A stretch of 30,687 bases of DNA from a virus. Taxonomy: Duplodnaviria; Caudoviricetes. Position 1 is the stretch's first letter, and the number at the start of each line of letters is the position of its first letter. The notes under the pieces are model-generated. The model was not told the DNA's origin. It made no database searches and saw nothing but the letters and a program-made list of their open reading frames with translations. The stretch spans positions 1 to 30,687 of IMG/VR virus record IMGVR_UViG_3300020543_000021; one strand, 5' to 3'. Both the position numbers and the translations under genes were made by a program. Positions 7,299 through 16,533 of this stretch are shown here, piece by piece.

Positions 7299-8603
7299 AT
7301 GGCTAATAGCTTTAGTAAAGAAGAAAGAGTGGCGTTTGAGAACCTTCTTGAAGGGTTCCAAGACGCTTTGGTTCTGTCTCGGAACGTGTCCATCTACAAC
7401 ACGGATCAGACGATGATGGAGCGCACGAACAACGTGATCTGGAGGCCGCAGCCTTACATCTGCACCTCGTTGAGTGGAGCAAATGCTGGAACGAACATTA
7501 CTGGTGTTGGTGGATATTCCGCTTACACGCAGCTTTCCGTTCCAAGTTCCATCAATCAGACCCGCACGGTTGCGTGGGAGATGAATGCGCTTGAGTTGCG
7601 TGACGCGCTTCAGGAGCAACGCCTTGGCTCTTCTGCCAAGCAGAAGATTGCAAGCGACATCAACATCGCTGTGAACAACGTGGCTGCAAATCTTGGTTCG
7701 CTTGTTATCAAGCGCACGACTGCTGCTGGCGCAACCAGCGGGTTCGATGACGTTGCTCAGTGTGAAGCCATCTTCAACGAGCAAGGTGTGATGGACGGCG
7801 ACCGGTATCTGGCGCTCAATACCCGCGACTACAACGGTCTTGCAAAAGACTTGTCTGTTGCATCGCGTTCCTTCGGAAACCAAAAGTCCGATAAGGCTTA
7901 CGAGCGTGCGTATGTTGGGATGGTGGCGTCCTTCGACACCTACAAGCTCGACTATGCTCCTCGCCTTGCAGCGGCTGCTGGCGGAGCTGGCTTGACCATT
8001 GACACCAGAGATTCTGCTGTGAACTACTGGATCCCGAAAGCTGTCACGACAACTCCATCATCAACCGAACGGTTGAACGTGGACAACCGCTTCCAGACGG
8101 TAACGATTTCCAGCACGACTGGAGTTGCTGCTGGCGACGCGTTCACGATTAACGGAATCAACGCTGTCCACCATATCACCAAGAATGACACTGGTCAGTT
8201 GAAGACGTTCCGAGTTGTAAGTATAACCAGTGGAACGCAAATGGTGATCACTCCTCCGATCATCTCCAATCAGGTTGCAAATGCAGCTTCTGCTCAATAC
8301 CAGAACTGTGTTGCTAACACCAAGAGTGCAACGGCTTCTATCGTGTTCTTGAACACGGCAGCGGCTCCCGTGAACTGCTTCTGGCACAAGGACGCGATTG
8401 AAATCCTTCCTGGCCGTTATGCTATCCCTACGGATGGCGGCGTGGCAGTGATGCGCGGTTCAACCGACCAAGGGCTTGAGCTCGTCATGACCAAACGGTT
8501 TGACCAAGACTCGCTCCTGACCAAGTATCGTATCGATACGCTGTTCGGGGTTGTGAACAAGCAGCCTGAAATGTCGGGCATCATCCTGTTCAACCAATCC
8601 TAA
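7299..8603 (+). CDS. Major capsid (coat) protein (P22 gp5-like)
   Basis: 434 aa; MANSFSKEERVAFE, WRPQPY, GDAFTINGINAVHHITK..TGQLKTFRV insertion-domain motif, C-terminal RIDTLFGV...PEMSGI. Confidence 0.93.
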   Translation: MANSFSKEERVAFENLLEGFQDALVLSRNVSIYNTDQTMMERTNNVIWRPQPYICTSLSGANAGTNITGVGGYSAYTQLSVPSSINQTRTVAWEMNALELRDALQEQRLGSSAKQKIASDINIAVNNVAANLGSLVIKRTTAAGATSGFDDVAQCEAIFNEQGVMDGDRYLALNTRDYNGLAKDLSVASRSFGNQKSDKAYERAYVGMVASFDTYKLDYAPRLAAAAGGAGLTIDTRDSAVNYWIPKAVTTTPSSTERLNVDNRFQTVTISSTTGVAAGDAFTINGINAVHHITKNDTGQLKTFRVVSITSGTQMVITPPIISNQVANAASAQYQNCVANTKSATASIVFLNTAAAPVNCFWHKDAIEILPGRYAIPTDGGVAVMRGSTDQGLELVMTKRFDQDSLLTKYRIDTLFGVVNKQPEMSGIILFNQS

Positions 8604-8614
8604 CCACTAGCCAA

Positions 8615-8651
8615 TGGGGGGCGCTCTTAAAACGGGCGCTCCCCAACTTTT
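8615..8651 (+). terminator. Rho-independent terminator after the coat gene
   Basis: TGGGGGGCGCTC-TTAAAAC-GGGCGCTCCCCA forms a 12-bp stem (two G-U pairs) followed by ACTTTT. Confidence 0.7.
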
Positions 8652-8657
8652 AATCAT

Positions 8658-8819
8658 ATGCCACTCAAAAAAGGCTATTCTCAGAAGACGATTTCGGGTA
8701 ACATCTCCCGCGAGATGAAGTCTGGCCGCCCTCAGAAACAAGCAGTTGCGATTGCTCTTTCTGTTGCACGCAAGGCCAAGCAGAAAGCAGGTAAACCAGT
8801 TGGAAAGCTGAAGAAATGA
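8658..8819 (+). CDS. Small basic protein (53 aa; not in the ORF track)
   Basis: [53 protein letters not shown]; ATGA overlap with the next gene; the QAVAIAL motif recurs in phage head modules. Confidence 0.85.
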   Translation: MPLKKGYSQKTISGNISREMKSGRPQKQAVAIALSVARKAKQKAGKPVGKLKK

Positions 8820-9130
8820 TTGAGTTTCCCACAATGGTGCATCGATGCCCTGGCCGTCATTCGATAGCCGGTGGAAGCTACGATTACATTGGCGTAAACG
8901 ACCAACAAGAGCTTGATGCCGTTTTAGCTGCCGGATGGAGCCTGACGCTTCCAGAAGCTATTGAGCGGCACAACAAACTTGAGTTCCTCAAGAAGGAAGC
9001 CGCGGCAAAGGTCAAGAGAGCGCAGGAAGAAGCCGTGAATGCGGTTGTCGAGAACGCAGCGGTTCTCATTCAAGAGCTTGAAGACGAAGAGGAGTTTGAC
9101 GATTCACCCAAACGCAAACGCAAACGATGA
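8816..9130 (+). CDS. Hypothetical protein downstream of coat
   Basis: ATGA overlaps at both ends; [10 protein letters not shown]...GW motif. Confidence 0.8.
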   Translation: MIEFPTMVHRCPGRHSIAGGSYDYIGVNDQQELDAVLAAGWSLTLPEAIERHNKLEFLKKEAAAKVKRAQEEAVNAVVENAAVLIQELEDEEEFDDSPKRKRKR

Positions 9131-9615
9131 GCTACTCCAAGAGGCAGATTGTTGAGCAGGCGTTCGAGGAACTTGGTCTTGCGACCTACGTCTTCGATAT
9201 GACGCCTGACCAGTTCGACTCTGCCTTGAAGAGACTGGATGCGATGATTGCGGAGTGGTCTATCAAGGGAATCAACTTGGGGTATCCGATCACCGCGGAT
9301 CCAGAGAACAGCGAGCTTGCCTCATCGAGCAACGTGCCAACGTGGGCTTCGCAGGCGCTTATCTCAAACCTCGCACTGAAGATTGCTCCCAGCTACGGCA
9401 AGTCTCCGAGTCCCGACACCAAGCAGTCAGCAAAGACCGGTTACGAGTCGCTTCTGATTATGAATGCTCGCCCCATCCAGCAGCAGCTCCCGCGGACAAT
9501 GCCGATTGGCGCGGCTGGCTGGAGATGGTCTGAGCGCACCTACGTTTATCAGCCAGACACAAAGCCTTTGTCCGTGTCCGACAATGGCAGTTTGACCTTC
9601 AAGGACACCAATTGA
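9127..9615 (+). CDS. Head-tail adaptor / DNA stabilisation protein (P22 gp4-like)
   Basis: 162 aa; ALKRLDAMIAEW..GINLGY, NLALKIAPSYG and MPIGA motifs; position in the gene order. Confidence 0.85.
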   Translation: MSYSKRQIVEQAFEELGLATYVFDMTPDQFDSALKRLDAMIAEWSIKGINLGYPITADPENSELASSSNVPTWASQALISNLALKIAPSYGKSPSPDTKQSAKTGYESLLIMNARPIQQQLPRTMPIGAAGWRWSERTYVYQPDTKPLSVSDNGSLTFKDTN

Positions 9616-9616
9616 T

Positions 9617-10060
9617 ATGGCAATCGAACGACTTCAGAACTACTCACCGGTGAGCGACTCCACGTTGTTCGCCATCAACCAGAACGGTCTCGACTACAAC
9701 GCCACGGGCCTTGAAGTCGCGAACTACATCGCGGCGAACGCAACGGTTGGTGACGGCAAAGTCATCCAGTACGCGGCTCCCACGACCGGTTCTACCGTGG
9801 CTATCAGTGGCACGAGCAACAGCGTCTGGCTCGTCCTGACACCGGCTGGAACGATTGCGGCGCTCACCATCACGCTTCCGCTTGCTTCGACGTGTGTGGG
9901 CGGGCAGGAGCTGCTGGTGAACTCCACGCAGACTATCACAACTCTTACGATTGGTGCAAATGGCGGAGCTGTGGTTGGAGCCCCGTCAACGCTTGCTGCA
10001 AACGGATTCTTCCGGTTGCGGTTTGAACCTGTTCTCAAAACTTGGTACCGTGTAGGCTAA
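9617..10060 (+). CDS. Putative virion structural protein
   Basis: T/A/G-rich, beta-type composition; tight spacing within the tail operon. Confidence 0.75.
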   Translation: MAIERLQNYSPVSDSTLFAINQNGLDYNATGLEVANYIAANATVGDGKVIQYAAPTTGSTVAISGTSNSVWLVLTPAGTIAALTITLPLASTCVGGQELLVNSTQTITTLTIGANGGAVVGAPSTLAANGFFRLRFEPVLKTWYRVG

Positions 10061-10061
10061 T

Positions 10062-10358
10062 ATGACACTTCCATTCAATCCATCTTACGGCTCAGGCCAG
10101 ACGCAAACCGCAACTGCAACTTCCACGCAGTACTCTATCATCGCTGGCACTCGCAGCATTTGTGTGACCAACACTGGAGACACTTATCCAGTGTACGTTC
10201 GCATCGGGCAGGGCACTGTGAATGCAACATCCGCTGACTACATTGTTATGCCTCTTAGCCAAGTCTCCCTTGGCAAGTTTGAGGATGACAATGTGATTGC
10301 ATTGATTGCTCCGACTGGAAACACGACGGTGAACTTCATCTGCGGCGCAGGACTGTGA
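10062..10358 (+). CDS. Putative small virion structural protein
   Basis: 98 aa, beta-rich; 1-nt gap to the upstream gene. Confidence 0.75.
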   Translation: MTLPFNPSYGSGQTQTATATSTQYSIIAGTRSICVTNTGDTYPVYVRIGQGTVNATSADYIVMPLSQVSLGKFEDDNVIALIAPTGNTTVNFICGAGL

Positions 10359-10507
10359 TTCGATACATCTCCAGACGCAGGTCGAAGATACCGGCAGGCC
10401 CGACGGTGACGCCTCCTGCGCCTCCTGGTGTTTTCTATTATCTCCGCTCAGGGCCTGGAACGTACTACTACATTCGTCCTGACGGATTCAAATACATCAG
10501 ACCATAA
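10355..10507 (+). CDS. Small Tyr/Arg/Pro-rich protein (50 aa; not in the ORF track)
   Basis: GTGA overlap with the upstream stop; MIRYISRRRSKIPAGPTVTPPAPPGVFYYLRSGPGTYYYIRPDGFKYIRP; fills the gap before the fibre gene. Confidence 0.7.
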   Translation: MIRYISRRRSKIPAGPTVTPPAPPGVFYYLRSGPGTYYYIRPDGFKYIRP

Positions 10508-10513
10508 CGAGTT

Positions 10514-13144
10514 ATGCCAAATCTTACCGTATCTGCAAACATCGACACATTCATGGGGTCAGCCAATAACGCGGCTGCACGCGCAAATCTCGGAGCGCAG
10601 GCTGCGCTTACGACCGCTGCGCCGCTGGCGTTAGAGTTGGGGGGAACTGGAGCCATCACCGCAAGTGCGGCCCTTTCTGCTCTTGGAGCGGTCGCAAAGG
10701 CAGGTGACACGATGACGGGCAAGTTGGCGCTCACAAATGGAGGCACTACTGCTCCACTTAACCTTGGAGCACAATCAAATGTAAACACGCTGACCGGAGG
10801 AGATGTTTGGATCAACTCTAACGGAGTGTTGTCATGGAGAACTACAGCAGGGGCCACGATTCCAGCAGTGACAACCTCAAGCGCAACAAACTTCACCGCA
10901 GGGGTTGGGGCTGCAATCGGGAGCGCAGTCACACCAGCACTTGTAGTTGCACAAAATGGCGCGAACGCAGCAATGACGGTTGCAAACGTGCCAACATCTA
11001 CTGCTGACTGTGTAACCATTACAAACCTTGGGACAGGCAACACGCTTGTCGTTAACGACGAGACGCCAGACTCCACTCGGTTTGCAATCGCGAGCAACGG
11101 AAAGGTTGGCATCGGCGTAGCGCCAGACGCAACGGCTGCTCTTACGGTTGACTCTGGTGGAATTAAATTCCCAGACAGTTCTATTCAAACAAGCGCAATC
11201 GTAAGTCTGTCTTCGGCTCAGGTGTCCGGTCTGCTTGGCATTTCTAATGGTGGAACAGGCGCTGCAACTTCCAGCGCAGCACTTAACGCTCTCCTTCCAA
11301 CTCAGGCTGCAAACAATGGAAAGTTTTTGTACACAGATGGTGCAACTGCATCATGGGCAAAAACGCTGACGTTTGCTCAGACCAAAACGGTTGGCGTTGA
11401 TGCAGCTACAATCCAAGGCTGTATTGACCTTGTTTCAGGAGCTACCGGTCTTAACCAGACACAAATCCTTATTCCTCCAGGTGTATACACAGAGAATTTA
11501 ACGCTTAAACCGTGCGTTTCTCTTGCCTCAACAGGAGGAAACAACGGGCAAGGTTCTGTGGTTCGTATTGTTGGCGTACACACTGCAACAGGATCAGCCA
11601 CAGCTGGCGACTCGGTGCTTGAGATAAACGGAATCCGTTTTGAAAACGCTACAACGAGCGCAACAATTACATTCAGCGCAAATGGCACGGTTCCGTTCCT
11701 TGTTCACATGCAGGACTGCATGGTTGGGAACTCAAACGCCAGTACAGCCGTTTCTGGAGTTGTCATCAACTCAGACGTTGCTGTTCGTGCTGTAAATATT
11801 CGCAGCATAGCAAATGCAACTGCTGGAAGCGGCGGAACACACTGGGATTTGAATGGAGGAAGCCTGTATTCACAGGGATGCTCTACTGAGTATGGAACGT
11901 GCGCTTTGTTGATGCGCGGAACCAATGGCGCTAGCAAACCATACGCAGAACTCAGATACAGCTACTTCAATATCAACGGCTCAAATGTCGTCAACATCAC
12001 GAGTGCAACAGCATTGCTTACGGCTGGATGGTGTTCATTTGAGAACCGCGCAACTACAGGCAACGGCATCACGATTGCAGCAGGATCAGTTGTTGGAGTA
12101 TTCAACTCAGCATATGTAATCACAGCTGGAGCATCCAACTACGTTGTAACCGGAAGTGCTGGAAGTTTTTATTTTTCTTCCCTTAATTCTTACAGCAACT
12201 CTTCACTGATTCCATACGAAACAAAAATCGGGGCTTCAGTAGCTCAATATGCTTATTCAACGACTATAGGAACAGTTGCTGGGCCAACAGTAATTGAAGC
12301 CTCGTCTGCAAGTCCTGCATTACGGATTACACAGCAAACAGCAGGAACAGGAAACGCATTAGTTGTTGAGGACGAAAATAATCCAGATTCAACTCCATTT
12401 ATTGTAAATAATAGCGGTCAAGTTCTTTGTGGAAATGCAACTTCAATTGCATTAAACTCTGTATTAACAAAACTTCAAACGCATACAACGGCAAACACTC
12501 CGCTTGATGCAGCTTCGTGGTGGTCTGGTGGAAGTGGAACAACTATAAATCTTGGAAAATCAAGAAGCGGAACAGTTGGGACTAATGGGATTGTTTCTGC
12601 AAATGACAACATCAATCTCGACATGAGATTTGATAAGGGAGATGGATTTGCGAGTGCAGCAATCATAAGGACATCTGTTGATGGAGCTCCAAGTTCCAAT
12701 AGCATGCCTGGAAAGATTGCTCTTTTAACCACTCCATCAGGATCAACTACTCCTGTGTCTCGTGTTACAATTGCTCAAGATGGAGCAACCGAGTTTTCAG
12801 GAAAGGTCGGAATAGGCACAACTCCTGATGCAACAGTTGGACTTAAACTCGATTCAACCGGAGTTAAGTTCAGTGACGGAAGTGTTCAGACATCTGGATA
12901 CTTCACTGGATCTGCAACATACGATCCTCCATCGCTTATTGCAGGCGCATCAACAACGACAACTGTAACATGCACTGGAGCCCTCACAACTCACTACGCG
13001 CAAGCTACGCTATCCAGCAACACTGGGTTGACCATCACTGCTTATGTTTCAGCCGCAAACACAGTAACGGTTCAACTCAAGAACGACACATTATCCACTC
13101 TTGATGTTGCAAGCGGCACACTGAAAGTTCGCTCTTCCCTGTAA
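10514..13144 (+). CDS. Tail fibre / receptor-binding protein (876 aa)
   Basis: Fibre motifs AARANLG, KAGDTMTGKL, GGTGA..A..AL, GKVGIG; central beta-helix-like start (TIQGCID...IPPGVYTENL); C-terminal ATYDPPSL...AYVSAANTVTV domain. Confidence 0.85.
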   Translation: MPNLTVSANIDTFMGSANNAAARANLGAQAALTTAAPLALELGGTGAITASAALSALGAVAKAGDTMTGKLALTNGGTTAPLNLGAQSNVNTLTGGDVWINSNGVLSWRTTAGATIPAVTTSSATNFTAGVGAAIGSAVTPALVVAQNGANAAMTVANVPTSTADCVTITNLGTGNTLVVNDETPDSTRFAIASNGKVGIGVAPDATAALTVDSGGIKFPDSSIQTSAIVSLSSAQVSGLLGISNGGTGAATSSAALNALLPTQAANNGKFLYTDGATASWAKTLTFAQTKTVGVDAATIQGCIDLVSGATGLNQTQILIPPGVYTENLTLKPCVSLASTGGNNGQGSVVRIVGVHTATGSATAGDSVLEINGIRFENATTSATITFSANGTVPFLVHMQDCMVGNSNASTAVSGVVINSDVAVRAVNIRSIANATAGSGGTHWDLNGGSLYSQGCSTEYGTCALLMRGTNGASKPYAELRYSYFNINGSNVVNITSATALLTAGWCSFENRATTGNGITIAAGSVVGVFNSAYVITAGASNYVVTGSAGSFYFSSLNSYSNSSLIPYETKIGASVAQYAYSTTIGTVAGPTVIEASSASPALRITQQTAGTGNALVVEDENNPDSTPFIVNNSGQVLCGNATSIALNSVLTKLQTHTTANTPLDAASWWSGGSGTTINLGKSRSGTVGTNGIVSANDNINLDMRFDKGDGFASAAIIRTSVDGAPSSNSMPGKIALLTTPSGSTTPVSRVTIAQDGATEFSGKVGIGTTPDATVGLKLDSTGVKFSDGSVQTSGYFTGSATYDPPSLIAGASTTTTVTCTGALTTHYAQATLSSNTGLTITAYVSAANTVTVQLKNDTLSTLDVASGTLKVRSSL

Positions 13145-13145
13145 T

Positions 13146-13418
13146 ATGCCCAAGAAGCAAGTCAAACTGTCGGTCTCCCGCGGCGAGAAGCTCCCTGTCT
13201 CTCAGGGAGCCGGTCTTACTGCGAAAGGCCGCGCAAAGTACAACGCAGCCACAGGAAGCAATCTCAAGGCTCCCGCTCCAAACCCGAAGACCAAGGCAGA
13301 CGCAGCCCGCAAGAAGAGCTTCTGCGCCCGCATGAGCGGTATGCCTGGGCCGATGAAAGACGAGAAGGGCCGTCCAACCCGAAAAGCTGCAAGCCTCAAA
13401 CGCTGGAACTGCCGATGA
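13146..13418 (+). CDS. Small basic protein, DUF6321-like
   Basis: GLTAKGRAKYN...GSNLKAP...RKKSFCARM...SLKRWNC signature; the family name is from recall. Confidence 0.8.
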   Translation: MPKKQVKLSVSRGEKLPVSQGAGLTAKGRAKYNAATGSNLKAPAPNPKTKADAARKKSFCARMSGMPGPMKDEKGRPTRKAASLKRWNCR

Positions 13419-13561
13419 AAAAGGGACTCTACGCCAACATTCACGCCAAGCGTCAGCGCATTGAGGCCGGTAGCAAGGAACGCATGCGGAAGCCTGGGTC
13501 AAAAGGGGCACCAACCGCAGCGGCTTTCAGGGCTTCAGCGAAGACCGCCAAGAAGAAGTAA
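13415..13561 (+). CDS. Small basic protein (48 aa; not in the ORF track)
   Basis: MKKGLYANIHAKRQRIEAGSKERMRKPGSKGAPTAAAFRASAKTAKKK; ATGA overlap upstream and TAATG overlap downstream. Confidence 0.85.
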   Translation: MKKGLYANIHAKRQRIEAGSKERMRKPGSKGAPTAAAFRASAKTAKKK

Positions 13562-14961
13562 TGCAGATACCCATCCTCAGTGGAATCTACTGCAACAATG
13601 CGAGCGACTTTCGGCGCTCGTATCCGCGCAACCTCGTACCCATCATTCAAGCAAATGGCATCTCAAACGGCTACCTTCGTCCTGCTGATGGCATCGTTGA
13701 GTTTGCTACTGGAATGGGTTCTGACAGGGGGGGAATAGAGTGGAACGGAACGCTTTACCGCGTGATGGGCACAAAGCTCGTCTCAGTCTCAAGCACCGGA
13801 ACAGTTACGGTTCTTGGGGATGTTGGCGGAAGTGGGCAGGTCACTTTTGACTACTCGTTCGACCAGCTCGCCATCGCTTCCAGCGGCAAGCTGTTCTACT
13901 GGAATGGCACCACCCTAACGCAAGTCACAGACCCTGACCTTGGGACGGTCGTGGACTTCGTGTGGGTGGATGGATACTTCTTCACGACTGACGGACAGTT
14001 CCTCATCACGACGGACATCAACAATCCTACGTCCGTGAACCCGCTCAAGTACGCTTCCAGCGAACTAGACCCTGATCCGGTTGAGGCGCTCATCAAGTTC
14101 AAGAACGAGGTCTATGCGCTCAACCGACACTCTATCGAGGTCTTCACCAACGTCGGTGGTACTGGATTCCCTTTCCAGCGTGTCGATGGAGCCCGCATCC
14201 AGCGGGGCAGCGTTGGGACGTTCACCTGCGCGTTGTATCTCGACACAATCGCTTTCGTCGGAGGAGGGAGAAACGAACAGAACTCTGTCTATCTCATTGC
14301 GAATGGTAATACCGTCAAGATTGCCACGCGAGAGATTGACCAGATTCTGGCCCAATATGATGAAAGCACTCTTGCTGGTGCGCTTGTTGAGTCGCGCCTG
14401 CATGATGGTCTCCAGCACCTTTATATCCATCTTCCAGACAAGACGCTCGTATACGACGGGGCTTCTTCGCAGGTGGCACAGGAAGCAGTCTGGTTCATTC
14501 TGACAAGCAGCATCGTCGGGGACGGTCAGTACCGCGCACGCAACTTCATCTTCGCGTACAACAAGTGGATTTGCGGAGACACTCAAACGTACAAGCTCGG
14601 CTACGTCTCAAACGATGTGTCTTCGCACTGGGGAGACAGGAACGGTTGGCAGTTTGAGACACAGACCATTTTCAACGAGAACAAGGGAATGATTTTCCAT
14701 GAGCTTGAGCTTGTGTCTCTGACTGGTAATGTGCCTCTTGGGGACGACCCCACCATCTGGGCTTCGTACTCGATTGACGGCGTTACATGGTCACAGGAGA
14801 AGCCGTACAAGGCTGGGAAGATAGGCTACCGCAGTAAGAAGATAAACTGGCTGCAACAGGGCTTTGTGCGCGATTGGAGCGTGCGCCGGTTTCGTGGCAC
14901 CAGCGACTCGCACTTGTCGATGGCGCGACTTGAGGCCCGCATCGAACCGCTTGCTTGGTAA
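13561..14961 (+). CDS. Tail hub / packaged DNA stabilisation protein (P22 gp10-like)
   Basis: 466 aa; YPRNL.P...SNGYLR..DG, LYRVMGTKL, DGYF, Y.S.E.DPD, SIEVFTN.G motifs. Confidence 0.9.
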   Translation: MQIPILSGIYCNNASDFRRSYPRNLVPIIQANGISNGYLRPADGIVEFATGMGSDRGGIEWNGTLYRVMGTKLVSVSSTGTVTVLGDVGGSGQVTFDYSFDQLAIASSGKLFYWNGTTLTQVTDPDLGTVVDFVWVDGYFFTTDGQFLITTDINNPTSVNPLKYASSELDPDPVEALIKFKNEVYALNRHSIEVFTNVGGTGFPFQRVDGARIQRGSVGTFTCALYLDTIAFVGGGRNEQNSVYLIANGNTVKIATREIDQILAQYDESTLAGALVESRLHDGLQHLYIHLPDKTLVYDGASSQVAQEAVWFILTSSIVGDGQYRARNFIFAYNKWICGDTQTYKLGYVSNDVSSHWGDRNGWQFETQTIFNENKGMIFHELELVSLTGNVPLGDDPTIWASYSIDGVTWSQEKPYKAGKIGYRSKKINWLQQGFVRDWSVRRFRGTSDSHLSMARLEARIEPLAW

Positions 14962-15746
14962 TGCCACAAGATCCCTCACAGATTACTCGACAAGAGCTCG
15001 CGCAGTTCCTGCCGAGCCAAAGGGCAATCCGTGCTTTTGAGAAGCTGTTTGACCTCATACCAAACACAGTTGAAAGCAATGAGTTTTACGCAGGCAACGC
15101 ACTTACAACCGCTCAAGAAGCCATCGATAGCATCAACCGGCTATCTACCGCTCTTGAGCTTTTGGCTACGGCTCCTGAGGTTTCTGGCACGGTTACCAGC
15201 GATGTTGCCGAACAATCTTCAGATACGCGTGTTGACGACCTTGTGCAACAAGTTGCACTCCTCTCGCAAGCTCCGCCGCTTGAGCCAGCAAAAGTCCCTC
15301 GGTACGGCACCTTCTACGACACGACAACGCAGACGGCAGCTGCCATTAACACCGCGTATGCGCTCACTTTCAACACGACTGACCTGAGCTTTGGCGTGCG
15401 CCGCGGAACGCCAACAAGCCGCATCTACGTTGACTCAGAAGGGGTCTACAACTTTCAGTTCTCACTGCAGCTCGACAAGGTGTTAGGCGGCGTTGGTCTC
15501 TTCTACCTGTGGGCACGCATCAACGGCGTCAACCAAACGAACTCAGCAACCCAAATACGAATCCAAGGAAACAATGCAGAAACTGTTGCAGCGTGGAACT
15601 TCGTGTATAAGATGAACGCGGGAGATTACTTTGAGTTGGTCTGGTCTGTTGACACCACAGACATCACCATTCAAACCTTTGCCGCAGCCCCACCGGTTCC
15701 AGGCATTCCATCCGCAATTTTGACCGTAACAAACAACATCTCCTGA
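14961..15746 (+). CDS. Tail needle-like protein with C-terminal beta-sandwich (C1q/TNF-like) knob
   Basis: Occupies the gp26 position; helical N-terminus followed by YGTFYDTTTQ...GVYNFQFSLQL domain; TAATG overlap sets the start at 14961. Confidence 0.7.
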   Translation: MPQDPSQITRQELAQFLPSQRAIRAFEKLFDLIPNTVESNEFYAGNALTTAQEAIDSINRLSTALELLATAPEVSGTVTSDVAEQSSDTRVDDLVQQVALLSQAPPLEPAKVPRYGTFYDTTTQTAAAINTAYALTFNTTDLSFGVRRGTPTSRIYVDSEGVYNFQFSLQLDKVLGGVGLFYLWARINGVNQTNSATQIRIQGNNAETVAAWNFVYKMNAGDYFELVWSVDTTDITIQTFAAAPPVPGIPSAILTVTNNIS

Positions 15747-15747
15747 C

Positions 15748-16080
15748 ATGGTAACGATCAAGAACATCATACCGCGCAAGCAGGCTTCGGCAACGCAAAC
15801 AGATCAGTACACTGCCAACAACTGCAAGTGCATCATCGACAAGTTCACGGTGACAAACACAAGCGCAGCGAACGTGACGTTTTCCGTGAATCTTGTGGCT
15901 TCAGGCGGAACAGCTGGAGATGCAAACTTGGTGCTCAAGGCAAAGACGGTCGTTCCAAACGAGACCTACACATGTCCTGAGCTTGTTGGACAAGTTCTTG
16001 AGGCCGGTGGCACTATCTCGACGATTGCAGGTGCAGCTACCTCGCTCACCATCAGTGCTTCTGGGAGGGAAGTGACGTAG
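15748..16080 (+). CDS. Small putative virion protein
   Basis: 110 aa, beta-rich (IIDKFTVTN...TYTCPELVGQVL); tight spacing. Confidence 0.75.
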   Translation: MVTIKNIIPRKQASATQTDQYTANNCKCIIDKFTVTNTSAANVTFSVNLVASGGTAGDANLVLKAKTVVPNETYTCPELVGQVLEAGGTISTIAGAATSLTISASGREVT

Positions 16081-16084
16081 GACG

Positions 16085-16531
16085 ATGGAGTTTCAGCGTG
16101 AAATCTTTACCGAAGAACTTGGAAATGAAGGCAAAGCTCTCATTGACATTCATCACGCAGAAGTTTCCGGTGAAATCGCGCATCTTCCAGCCCGCATTCC
16201 ATATCAAAAGTACGCCTCTCTTGAAGAGGCTGGAGTCTTACGGTTATTCACAGCAAGACACGAGGGAAGGCTTGTTGGGTACAATGTGTTTGCGCTTGTT
16301 GAGCACCATCAACATGAAGTGCTTTTCGCATCACATGATACCATGTTCCTTCATAAAGATTTCAGAAAAGGGACAACTGGAATCAGATTCCTCAAGTGGT
16401 GCGATGAACAACTCAAGCAAGATGGAGCAAAGTTCATCACTCAGCACTCATCAACTTCAGTTGATCTTGAAAACCTTTTCATAAGAATGGGATACAAGCT
16501 CGCTGAAAAGGTGTACTTAAAAGTATTGTAA
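16085..16531 (+). CDS. GNAT-family acetyltransferase-like protein (P22 gp14 position)
   Basis: ARHEGRLVGY, FLHKDFRKGTTG (motif A), LFIRMGY (motif B); directly upstream of the ejection proteins. Confidence 0.85.
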   Translation: MEFQREIFTEELGNEGKALIDIHHAEVSGEIAHLPARIPYQKYASLEEAGVLRLFTARHEGRLVGYNVFALVEHHQHEVLFASHDTMFLHKDFRKGTTGIRFLKWCDEQLKQDGAKFITQHSSTSVDLENLFIRMGYKLAEKVYLKVL

Positions 16532-16533
16532 TT

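Noticed and set aside
10428-10634. 68-aa + strand ORF from the track
   Set aside because: Overlaps the fibre start out of frame; the 10355-10507 ORF fits the gap exactly.
13461-13688. 75-aa + strand ORF from the track
   Set aside because: Overlaps both the 48-aa basic gene and the gp10-like gene in another frame; the coupled 13415-13561 ORF explains the region better.
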